DNA of 63,524 bases, filler included, from Bigelowiella natans CCMP2755 (taxonomy: Eukaryota > Protista > Cercozoa), in the NCBI GenBank assembly GCA_000320545.1. It is 6 parts of 6 records of this genome, joined end to end, with 100 filler letters (N's around TTAATTAATTAA, not from the genome) between each part and the next. Parts side by side here need not be neighbours in the genome. Positions count along the whole stretch, not along the records: positions 19,671 to 51,286 come from ADNK01000449.1; positions 51,387 to 58,345 come from ADNK01003180.1; 4 more parts are not named here. The stretch is one strand, 5' to 3'. The notes beneath the pieces were generated by a model. That model saw only the letters and a program-made list of their open reading frames with translations. It was not told the DNA's origin and searched no databases. Shown piece after piece: positions 39,301 through 51,395 of the stretch. The number at the start of each line of letters is the position of its first letter. Positions within the stretch are counted from its first letter, which is position 1. The position numbers and the translations under genes are program-made.

Positions 39301-42300
39301 TCGACTTCCCTGCCCCTGATTCCCTGAAGCAGATCTACGGTACGTTCAACAGGGCCCTCGTCAAGAACCATCGCGCGCTCAAGGCGTACGCCGGAGCGAT
39401 CACAGATGCCATGGTCAGCTTCTACCGTGAGTCCCAGAGCCACTTCACCCCCGACGTGCAGCCCCACTACATCTACAGCCCCCGTGAGCTCAGCCGCTGG
39501 GTGCGAGCGATGTACGAGGCGATGCACCCAGAGAAACTGCAGGGCCACACCTTGCTGCCTGAAGACCTTGTGAGACTGTTCGCCCACGAAGCCCTGAGGT
39601 TATTCCAGGACAGGCTCGTGGAGAAAGCGGAGCGGGAGTGGACTGACGAGAAGCTCAATGCGGTTATACTCAAGAACTTCCCTGGCGTCGACCTAGCCCG
39701 CGCTCTAAGGCGCCCCATCCTCTTCAGTGAGTGGCTGAATAAGAGGTACGTGAGCGTGGACCAAGAGAATCTGCGCAAGCATGTGGTGGCCAGGCTCCAC
39801 ACGTTCAACGAAGAGGAGTTGGACGTTAAGCTGGTCATCTTCGACGAGGTGCTGGAGCACATCCTCCGCATCGACCGGGTGCTGCGCCAGCCGCTGGGCC
39901 ATCTCCTGTTGGTAGGGGCGTCTGGCTCTGGGAAAACCATCCTCTCCAAGTTTGTGTCGTGGATGAACGGGATGAAGGTGTTCCAGCTCAAAGTGCACAA
40001 GCACTACAGCACGAAGGACTTCGACGAGGATCTCAGAGGGGTGCTGATCCGCTCTGGATGCAAGCACGAGAAGATTTGCTTCATCTTCGACGAGAGCAAC
40101 GTGCTGGACACCGCGTTCCTGGAAAGAATGAACGCCCTGCTCGCAAGCGGGGAGGTACCCGGTCTCTTCGAGGACACAGATTACAAGAATCTAATGCAGG
40201 AGTGCCGAGAGATGGGCAAGCGCGAAGGGAAGGTCCTTGGCTCCGATGAGGAGCGATATAAGCGTTTCTGTGCGAACGTGCAGCGCAACCTGCACATCGT
40301 CTTTACGATGAACCCTTCCAACGAGGACTTCAGTAATCGATCTGCTACCTCGCCGGCTCTGTTCAATCGTTGTGTGATTGACTGGTTCGGAGAGTGGTCC
40401 GATAAGGCCCTTTACCAAGTCGGATTTGATTTCACGAAGAACCTTGACTTAGGAGACGCTGTTGATGTTGAAGATGATATCGGCGGGGAGGGCCACGACT
40501 CCAAGCTTGGCATGTTGCAGGCGAGATCGGGATCCCAAAGAGATTCCGTCGTCCAAACTATGGTTTTCATCCACGAGAGCGTCCAAAATGCAATGGAGCA
40601 GCTCGCGAAGGCACGGAATGGGCGATCCACGTTCGTGACTCCACGTCATTATCTCGACTTCATCAAACACTACAAGAAGCTCTTTTTGGAGAAGAGGGAG
40701 GAATTCGAAGAGCAGCAGGTGCACCTGCGAAACGGGTTGAAGAAGCTCGCTCAGACGGAAGAGACGGTAGGTACCATGCGTGCCGAGCTGAACATTAAGA
40801 ATCAGGAGTTGCAGGAGAAGGAGAGGGAAGCCAAGGAGAAGATGGCACAGATCCAGCAGGATAGCATCGAAGCTGAAAACCAAAAGCAGGCCTCGCTGAA
40901 AATCAAGAAAGAGCAGGAGGCCCAGGACAAGATTATAAGCGAGAGGAAGGCGAAGGTTGAGGCAGGCCTGGCCAACGCCATTCCTATGATCGAAGCAGCC
41001 AAGCATAGCGTCCGTTCCATCGAACGGAAGTACCTCGATGAGGTGAAGAACCTCCGCAGTCCTCCGGCCCTGGTGAAGCTGGGCATGGAGCCTGTCATCA
41101 TGATGGTCACGGGGAGCACCACCAAGGTCGACTGGCAGACCGTCCGCAGAACCGTTGGCAAGACCGACTTCATTCCGAAGATCCTCGCCTTCGACTCTCG
41201 GAGCTTGAGCGAGAAGGTGGCGCGGTACATAAAGAAGCACTACCTCTCGGATGACAACTTCACTTACGAGAAGATCTCGCGGGCGTCGCAGGCGTGCGGG
41301 CCCCTAGTGAAATGGGTGAGCTCCCAGATCACCTTCTGCGAGATCCTGAACCAGGTCGCGCCAATGGAGAAAGAGCTGAAGGAGCTCGAGGGAAAGAGCG
41401 AGGTCCTCAGTGGCCAGCAGGAGAAGGTGCAGATACTGCTAGATAGCCTCACGTCGAGGCTGAAAGGTCTATCTGACGAGTACAAGGTGCTGATTAGCGA
41501 GGCAGCTCGCATCGAAGACCAGCTCAAGAATGTCCAGGTCAAGGTCGACAGGTCGGTGAAGCTCCTCGCGAACCTGAGCTCGGAGAAGGATCGGTGGACG
41601 GCGGACAGCAAGGAGTATGAGAAACAAATCTCGACGCTGGTCGGCGACTCGCTCCTGGCGGCAGCCTTCCTAGCTTACATCGGGTACTTCAACCAGGGCT
41701 ACCGCGAACGGCTGTTCGACATGTGGACCGACTACCTCAACGACTTCAAGGTGGAGACCAAGGTCAACCTTAGCGTCATCGAGTATCTGTCCAAGCCTAG
41801 CCAGCGCCTGGAGTGGCAGGCGCACAGGCTCCCAAACGACACGCTCTGCTTCGAGAATGCCATCATGATGACGCGCTTCAACAGGTATCCGCTCATCATC
41901 GACCCCTCGGGACAAGCCGTCTCGCACTTGCTAGATTTCTTTAATAACAACAAGAATTCTAAGCGAAAGATGATCCGAACGTCATTCCTGGACCCCGCGT
42001 TCCTCAAGTGCCTGGAGAGCGCTCTGCGGTTCGGAAACGCGCTGCTCGTCGAGGACGTCGAGAACATCGACCCCGTTTTGAACTCGGTGCTCAACCGCGA
42101 AATCTTCAAGTCGGGCGGGCGGATCATGATAACCGTCGGTGCGAAAGAGATCGACTTCTCCCCTCACTTCACAATCTTCCTCTCCACGCGCGACCCCTCG
42201 TGCCATTTCACGCCGGATCTATGCTCCCGCGTGACGTTCGTCAACTTCTCGGCCACGCAAGCATCCCTGGCCTCGCAGTGCCTGAACAAGGTCCTCAAAT

Positions 42301-45300
42301 CGGAGAGGCCAGACATCGATAAGAAGAGGTCTGATCTCCTAAAGTTACAAGGGGAATTCAAAGTACAGCTTCGTAAGCTCGAGGACGACGTCCTGACTGC
42401 GCTCAACTCTGTGAAGACCAACATCCTCGAGGACGACCAGGTGATGCTCTCCCTCGAAACGCTGAAAAAGAACGCGATGGAGATCTCCAAGAAGATGAAG
42501 GACAGCGAAACCGTGATGGAAACGTTCACGCAGGCGGCTTCCGTCTACGAGGCGTTCTCGTCGGCCTCGGCGCAGATCTACTTCACCCTCGAGGAGCTCT
42601 CCACGACCCACTTCCTCTACCAGTTCTCCCTCCCCTTTTTCCTTAAGCTCGTCGACGACACCCTCGACTCGAAGAAGAACACCGCTCTCGCAGACTTGCC
42701 AGAGGGCGACAGGAAGGAACCAGCGAAGCGGTTGAAGGTCATTCAAGCCTCCCTCTACAGAAACGTTTACTACAGGGCAGGGCGGGGTCTTCTTGCCAAG
42801 GACCATATCGCCTTTGGATTGCGGCTAGCTCAAATATGCCTCTCCGCCAGGCGGGCGAGCAGCAGCGAGAGAGATGGAAGCCTCATCGACTACAACGAGG
42901 TCCAGTTCCTGCTTAAGGTCAAGCCGACCGCCTACGGCGCACAGCCGCAACTTCCGTCTGAGTTAGCCAGCGGGATGCAGAACGCACAGCTAATCATGCT
43001 GGGGAAGCTCAGCCAGCTCCCAGGGTTCAAGAAGCTTGTGGAGCACATGAGCTCCAATCCCACGCAGTGGCGCTCCTTCATCTCCGGCGAGCAGGAAGAT
43101 GAGGAGAAGGAGGAAGCGGAAGGTGATCGGGGAAAGCGCAACTCGGTCCTGATGCCTTCCGGCTGGGAGGTCAACGACACAGACAAGGTAAGACAAGGGT
43201 TCCAAAGGATCCTCGTCAGCAGGGTCCTCAGGCTGGAGAGCCTCGAATTGCAGGCGCGAAGCTTCGTTGACTCGGTGTTCGGCCAGGGATTCTGCGACCA
43301 GCTCAACAACCCAGATCTGGACGAGATCGTCACCTCGGAGTCCGATAGCACCACTCCGCTACTCTTGGTTACCTTTCCTGGGTACGACGCCAGCACCCGG
43401 GTCACGTCCCTGGCATCCCGCCTCGACCAGCAGCTCACCTCCCTCGCAATGGGGTCTCCGGAGGGCTTCTCGTCCGCGGACACGGCCATCAACCTAGCGG
43501 CGAGGAAGGGGAACTGGATCTTGCTGACCAATGTGCACCTGGCTCCCTCGTGGCTGTCGAGCTTGGAGAAGCGCCTCCACCGCCTCAACGCGCACAACAA
43601 CTTCCGCATCTTCCTCACGATGGAGATGAGTCCCAAAGTGCCGGCGGACCTCGTCCGCATGTCCAATGTGGTCATCTTCGAGCCTCCGAGGGGCATCAAG
43701 TCTTCTATGATTCGGATCTTCTCGAGCCTGCCCAAGGCACGGGTCGATCGCGCGCCGGCGGAGCGTAGCCGGCTGTACTTCCTCCTGGCGTGGCTCCACT
43801 CCATCATCCTAGAGAGGCTGCGGTATACCCCCGTGGGGTGGACGAAGACGTTTGAGTTCAGTGAGGCCGATTACCGTTGCGCGACCGCGATAGTTGATGA
43901 GTGGGTAGACAAGATTGGGAAGGGCAGGAGGAACGTCAGGCCGAGTCAACTCCCCTGGGGCGCAATCCAGACGTCGCTCAGGACAATCGTCTACGGTATG
44001 GTATTTCGCTTGCATAGCTACCTTCGTGGCCGCTGCCCCCCTCTCGTAAACCCCCCCCCCCTACCCCTTCCTTTATTTTCCACGCCCGATTAGTTTTGGT
44101 AATGTTCTGAGTTTTGCTCGCTCATTAGTAGGGCTATCAGTCGCTATAAGCCGCTTTTGGCGTTGGATGTGAGATAATATATGCTAATGATTTACACAGG
44201 CGGTCGCATCGATAACGTCTACGACCAGGAGAGACTGGACGCGTTTGTCAAGAAGCTCTTCTCCGCTGAGAGCTACGGAGGCCAATTTCCCCTAGCGACC
44301 AAGCTCGATAGAAAGACTAAGAAGATCGACACGCTGCTGCGAATCCCAGACTGCAGAAGCTATGACGTAATAACCTGCTCTCACAATAGAAGAGGGGAAA
44401 AAAAAGGAGCAACAATACGAGGAGCTTTCCAATCGAATATGATGTTCCTTTTTGCAGGGAGGATGCACAACTTTTTATCGCCTCCTCCTTGTTGTAGTCT
44501 TCGTCGTCGTCGTCGTCGCCGCCGCCGCCGCCGTTATGTGCTATTTATGTCTCCCTCTGCTTTGATTAAACATGATGTGGATCTCACCCAACCGATCTCC
44601 CACTCGCCTTCAGGAATTTTACAAATGGATAAAGGAGACGAAGGACATATCTTCTCCAGAGTTCTTAGGGCTTCCTTGTAATGCTGAGGCATTACTGCTG
44701 AGAGAACAGGCAACTAGGCTTCTTTCGGTCTTTTCTAAGCTCCAGGTATTGCATTGATGATAACGTTCTGCGTTTGTCCAAAAGTGGGATTCGAACCTGC
44801 ACTCTCTACCCATCTGTCTTTCTTCTCTCTATTCACATCTACCATTCACATCTACACAACCAGAAGCAAAGACGTACCGTGTGCGCAGGGCATTCAGTCA
44901 CCATCGCATTTTTTTCAATTCGCCTCCCTCATCCTCCTCCTCCTCTCTCCTGTTTCGTCTTGGTTGTTGTCGTCATCAGATTTACGACACAGAAGTGGGT
45001 GCAGTGAAGGAAGGAGGAGGAGGAGGTGGTCAGAGACGCCGCAGCATTGCGTCTCAGCATCCGCCATGGTATGAACGTGTCAAGAAGCTCGTCAACTACT
45101 GGGTCAAGGCGGTGCCGCCATCGATCAAGCTTCTCCCTTCGGGGCCCGCGGCGTCTTCGAGTGCGCTGATTCGCTGCCTGCAGAGAGAGATTTCCCTCTT
45201 CAAGAAGGTGCACTCCTCCATTCGGGAGGACATCAAGAACGCACAGGAATACTTGGACGGGAATCAAAGTGGTAGCAACCGGACGAGGGAGGTGCTCCGT

Positions 45301-45885
45301 ATGCTGGGCGCTGAGGATAGGGTGCCAAAGTGGTGGGACATTCAGCCAAGGCCCACAGCTTTGTCCGCCAGCAACTGGATGCAGGACTTCATAAATCGTG
45401 TCGAGGGAATCAACGAGATAGCCAAGACTCCCCCGAAGGAGATTGGAAGGAAGAAGCCTATCTGGTTGGGCGGATTGTATTCCCCCGAAGCATTCGTTGC
45501 GGCATCGCGGCAAGAAATCGCAAGATCAAAGAATTGTGCCGTAGACTCCTTGAGCCTGGTAGTGACTATCGACGACTCGGGGGATTCCTTAGGAGACGAT
45601 TTCATTTATCATGGATTCACTCTGTTCGGAGCGGAATGCGATCAGAGCAAGCTTTCATTATCCGACCTAGAGTTTCAGAAACTCAAGTTTGCCCACTTCC
45701 AATGGAAGTCGGCCAAAGAAAGGAAAGAGAAAAATGAGGAGAAATCCGTTTCGTTCCCCGTTTATTTGGAATCTTCACGTGAAAGGTTCCTGTTCCAAAT
45801 CTCACTGCCTTACGTTGGCAATCACGACCATTACATGTTCAGTGAAAGAGGCACTTGTGTGACAGTTTGGAGCCCACCAGTGTGA
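30216..45885 (+). CDS. DYNC1H1: Cytoplasmic dynein-1 heavy chain (about 10 exons)
   Basis: P-loops [54 protein letters not shown]; tail motifs ANEMFRV.SKFN.LFVRPRI and DLPPVSGAIIW..QIERQL, typical of dynein-1. Confidence 0.97.
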
Positions 45886-46987
45886 TCACGCAAGAAATAC
45901 ATCTAGATACGTCTATGTGCAGTACAATGAGAAACCACATTGAAATTTAAATCCTCAACGCGGTGTCATTTTGATCGCATCGTGATTGGTGCACAGTAGT
46001 GCAACGAGCGTGTTTGTCAACATGCTAGCATGCTTCCGTGCCACAATCTGTTGTGGATCGTCATTGTGTGCTCATCCCATCTCTAGATGTAGCCATTTAG
46101 ACCTAGCTAGCATGAGCAGAAATATTTTGCAGCGACATCTCTAAATCTAGCGCTCTATCTTAGCTAGCTGGCTAGACATACGCGCATCGTGTGATCTAGT
46201 GATTTCACGTTTGCATGTACGCATTCAAACTAGCTAGCTAGGGTGGGTGCATGCATCGCATCGTATCCTGTGTGCAATCCATAGCACGTATGTTCACAAC
46301 AATGTCGTCGCGCAAGCATCGCAGCAGCACATACTAGCTAGCTAGCATAGACATACATTCTAGCATTGCATTGCTAGCAGATAGATTGTCATGTGTGCAT
46401 GTGAGCTCGTCGGCCTGCCGATCTAGCAATCAGCGTGCATCCGTGCGTGATCCAGCACACACATATTCATGTAGCTATCACATGCAGGAGACCGTGCATG
46501 CACAGGTCGCGTCGCCGAAGCGCACGGCGGAATCACTATACGTGTGTGTTGTGTCTAGATGCGATATGTGTACGTCGAAATAACGCAGACGTACATGCTA
46601 AGGCCTATGCACTCTATCTGAATGATTGAATGTGCTATGTATTATTCTGGCAGTACTTAAGTGAAATAGGTGCCTAGGTATATACTTCAGTAAAAGAGAT
46701 ATGCAATGTGTCGATGTGTATGAGACATGTCTAGATGAGACAATAGATGTGCTATGTATGGATTGTTATTGAAGTAACCCTAAACAGCGCATTCATTTCA
46801 AAAGATTATGCCACCTCTGTCTATACTCATTTGCCGTAAATGTACTAAGAACAATCGCAAGAAATATTACGAGTCTATCAACTTTGGGGTACTTCTTGGT
46901 ATGTTGTAGATCATCCTCGGCAAACGCAAACCGTGTAGATCGTAGCCTTGATTCACTTCAATCCATTAGATCAAATATTGATAAAAT

Positions 46988-47224
46988 CTAGTGATACTTT
47001 GCAATATTATGGCGTTCAGCGCATAGAATCCATTCAACTGCAACACCAAGGGTTCCAATTGCTACCATACCAGGGAACAAAGTTCTAGCAACACCGTTGT
47101 TCTTTGCATGAGTGCATACGCTGACAAGGGTACGGTCCACTCCCATGACAAGCTCTGAAGGCTTGACATACTTAAGGACGCCAAGGGGACGCATATCTTT
47201 CAATTTCTTTGCCCAGAAGCTCAT
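46988..47224 (-). CDS. 78-aa single-TM protein resembling mitochondrial ATP synthase subunit f
   Basis: Basic N-terminus (KKLKDMRPLGVLKYV), one C-terminal TM helix and a ...RHNIAKYH end resembling the metazoan subunit f ...RKYH; intronless, with a clean ATG. Confidence 0.55.
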   Translation of the reverse strand: MSFWAKKLKDMRPLGVLKYVKPSELVMGVDRTLVSVCTHAKNNGVARTLFPGMVAIGTLGVAVEWILCAERHNIAKYH

Positions 47225-47927
47225 AATTTCGTATTTAGCAGGGGTGGGGAGATGATAGCAGACGCAGCCTCTCGAGATATAGAAAGCTGCAGCAGAATTT
47301 TATATGTGATAAAAACACATAATTTTTTTAAATTTTTGATGACGCAATCCTCATTTATGCTTTAATATTTACATTCATACGTGCTAAACGAGTATGAATG
47401 ATTCTGAACTTATCTACACCGTGCGCAGCAAAGCAGTATGCAGGGTATTTCATAATCTACGACATGATTGTGAACAGCTTTCAGAGGAAACACCACGTAA
47501 TAAGATTCGTAACGATGGAAAAGGGAATTTTTTTTGAGACTGGAAATATTAGTTGTCGTTTCTGAATAATGATGGCTGAAAATACATAAACAGCTTACAT
47601 GTACCGTAAATTTGTTAATGAAACTATGCTTTAATTTAGTTCGAAAGGCATACTTCGCATTTGCGTTGTTGTTGGTGTCGCAGAAATTTTTTTGACATGC
47701 ACACATTGTCGTAGATCAAGAACAGGATGCTCCGTCTGAGAAATGCTTATGCGTGGGAAACTAAGATCGCATTCGCCCGAAGTACATGATAGACCATCCA
47801 ATTCATCTGAATTTACGCTACATCTTCATGTCTCTTATAATTTTTATATTATAATATTTACAAATTTGATGACGTTTGGGTTGGAAAGATCTTGAAATTC
47901 GCAAGTAAATAATTCGGATTGGAAACA

Positions 47928-49363
47928 ATGACGGACACCCAGCAACCAGCACCCGAAACAAAAGATCCCAAACCTGAGGCTCCTCCTCCCATCCCCACTG
48001 ATGAGAAACAGGAAAAAAGCCAGGATCCTCAGGCCACCCCCGACGAGAAAAATGGTGGCAGCAAAGAAGAATCCTCCGCCGATGTGTCGGATAAGGACAA
48101 AAGGTGGTATTCGCACCACTTCGCAATTGCTGCACGCTGACCTTCTCAAAAGCAATTATAAAGGATATAGAATAAGAAACAAATCATAACACAAAAGAAA
48201 TATTCAAATTCTGGAATCTTTTCTTTCAACACACGTGTCTGTCGAGTGCCGACCGTACCTGCAGAATCCTAATCGGAAGGCCACGTTTATTCATCATCCT
48301 GTTGCTACTCTTTACTCAAAATTTGAATTAAAAACCTTGTGATCGATTCGACGTCAGATATCAGGGCGATATCTCGCAGTGGTTTACCCAGCACCAGACC
48401 GGCTTTGTGTCATCCGTAATAACACATATTCAAATTTAGCTACTACATATCTCCATTGTGCAGCACAAAGCATGTACGTATTATTTAACAGAAATCGCGA
48501 CATCTTCTCCGAACTTTCTCGTTTTAGACTCGCGCAAGTTCTACATACGAACACACGTCGTGCGTGCGAGTTTTAGTCCTTACATCTGTCCTATTTCTCA
48601 TGTGGTTCGCAAATCGTGGAATGGATTATGGGGGTCAGCCCGGGTTGGAGAAGGACATCACAGTTCACTTCAACTCTCTTCGTGGAAGTGTTGCAAGACT
48701 AAGGTTCGTATATGAGATAAGACACCTTTGTCTTGGTTTTAGTCTTGTCATCTTCTCAGCGTTATGTTGCTGATGCCGCATCGATGTTCAGAATTGGGGA
48801 CAAAGTGGATTTCAGACTGGAAGAAAATCGGGGTGGGAGGCCACAGGTGAAGAGTCTATCCAAACCTTCCACAAAACTGGTGTATGTAGCTCTATGACGC
48901 AACTCTGAATTGTTTGGTATGCAATTATTTGTTTTAGGCCGAGGATGTTGTCGTTATAGATGCTCCGAAGAGGGAAAGAATAAAGTCAAACATTACTAAT
49001 TCAATTCATTTGTTCTCAATCTAGTTTATACTCCCTCCCTCCCTCCCTCTCTCCTTCCCCCCTTCGCTTTCTCTGGTGTCACTATGAAGCATCAGCGAAC
49101 AACCCTTCGTTTCTTAACCATTGATATGTGCTCCGCAGTGGGATCTGCGCCAGTTGGAATCAAAGCCGACGCACGGGAGTTTTGACAAGTAAATAATAAC
49201 TTCTGACGAATTCCAGACTGCTGTTTCCACAAATTCCCACACAAATAAAAACAAAAACGACAAATTTGCAGGCAACGATTATAAATCTGGCCGCGAAAAT
49301 ATCCATTGCGTCGCCACAGAGGTACTTTCCCCCCCATCATCATCCAAACGACAACTCTGTCCC

Positions 49364-49404
<41 letters not shown>

Positions 49405-50302
49405 TCGGGTGTGATGGAGCATGCGGGTTTTCATGCAATACGTGAATGCACGTAACCCAAAATGTTGGAGAGTCGAAAAACATAACACATCGTATGTCCA
49501 CTCATCACACGGTGGCGTGGCGTGACGACCTTCTTCTGTGTGTCTGTTGGGATATTCCTAGATTATTCAAAAAACGGACGGAGACAAGCCTAAGCGTACG
49601 AAAATACTAAAGAAAGAAAATAATAGCAGCGCTAGCAGCGCTAACAGCGGAATAATACAGAATCGTAGAGCATACGATCAAAGAGTCGTCATCACTCGTT
49701 AACTCATTAATAATGTCAGTCACAATGCCTATTATGGAGCTGCGGAGTGGCGAATCTGTAGAATTCGAGGTATGCACGTACGTCTGCAGCACATCGCTTT
49801 CCATCATCACAGCAGTTAATTTGCTGGTGCGGCGTTATGAACAGGGGTGGTTTGGTTGGTCTATTTAGGTGGAGATTGATTCGCAGGGACGCCCTCAAGC
49901 ATACAACATCAAGAGAAAGGTGTGCAGGCTGCAAACCCAATTTTGCTGGCACGTCACCGAGACGAGGGGGCTAATAATTCACTTTAAATTTGATACGATA
50001 TCCATTAGATTCAGGATCTCAAGGACAGAAAGTTGAGGCTAAAGTTTCCCACCTGGTAATAACCCATCTCTCGCAGTAGTAATGAGGAAATAGAAAGGGG
50101 GTTATGCAAAAGGGCGATCGTTCGGTGTAACGATGATGAATGACAGTAGCGGAAGTTAATGAGGATGGTGGTGATGTTTCATCTAAAAGGATTACAGACC
50201 AGTGCAATACCACTACCTGCACAATATTGGCCGTTATGCCGAAGGTTGCAAGCGAAGATAAGATTCGAGTGGTAAGGAAGAAAGAACAAGAAAAACACAC
50301 AA

Positions 50303-50333
<31 letters not shown>

Positions 50334-50599
50334 AACACACGCTAGAAGACGATGAAACGAACTACCACTGCCCCAACAGTTGCTCTGAGACAACATTTGT
50401 TACAAATGGGAACACGACTGAACATCATAATATGATCTTCATGATAAGCAGCTCACATCATATCCTCACCTACTGCATACCCGTCTCCTTTGTCTTCCCC
50501 AGCTCCTCCCATCGCCCCCTATGAAGAATCTGAAACTCGACACGGTCTCCGAGCCATATTCTGCGACAGCCGAGCTGACTTTCAATTCACACGAGGAGG

Positions 50600-50635
<36 letters not shown>

Positions 50636-50954
50636 CGATGATAGAAAAACATCTTGACTGCCAGTTGAAGATGATGATTTCCTTTCAGCGTGTGGCGAGA
50701 GGCTAAGAGCGTGCTCGTCGCCGTACTTACACACGTGTTTGTTTTTCCCTGTTCCTTCCCCCCCCCCCCCCTCCCCCAAAAAAAAAGGCACGGCAAGCGC
50801 AAGCGAGGCTCAACACGATGTACATGACTGGCATCAAGATTGAGTGCACATTAGTGCCCACAAAGTGAGTAAGTGGGTGAGTGAGTCAGCATGATCAGAG
50901 AGAGAGAGAGAGAGAGAGAGTTATGATTACTCGCAAGAAAACCGTGCGGGCTAA
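47928..50954 (+). CDS. RNA-binding protein with two cold-shock domains and an RRM (many short exons; 3' end uncertain)
   Basis: CSD1: YQGDISQWF..QTGFV/DITVHFNSLRG/IGDKVDFRLEENRGGRPQ/AEDV. CSD2: GICASWNQSRRTGVL/LRSGESVEFE/VEIDSQGRPQAYNI. RRM: AELTFNSHEE/ARQAQARLNTMYMTGIKIEC. Confidence 0.72.
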
Positions 50955-51161
50955 AAAAAATTATTCTTACGTGCGCTCTTTTTGTCGCTTGATATTCTGT
51001 GTTTTGGGTGTTTTGGGTCCCTATCTATGATCAGAGACGAATTGGAAGTTGCTTTCACAAGCATGGGTACATCACCACTGTCCCCCCTGCTCCCCCTTTC
51101 GCGCACGCACATGCAAATACGAACCATACACAGCAACCAGACACACAAGCACATTAATTTA

Positions 51162-51203
<42 letters not shown>

Positions 51204-51217
51204 TTATATTTGTATAT

Positions 51218-51254
<37 letters not shown>

Positions 51255-51395
51255 TATGTGCGTGCGCGTGAGGGGGGGGGGGGGGGNNNNNNNNNNNNNN
51301 NNNNNNNNNNNNNNNNNNNNNNNNNNNNNNTTAATTAATTAANNNNNNNNNNNNNNNNNNNNNNNNNNNNNNNNNNNNNNNNNNNNGCCATCCCA

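Noticed and set aside
33786-43807. Many long antisense ORFs opposite dynein (also importin and gag)
   Set aside because: Shadow ORFs expected from GC3-rich codon usage; they show no independent motifs.
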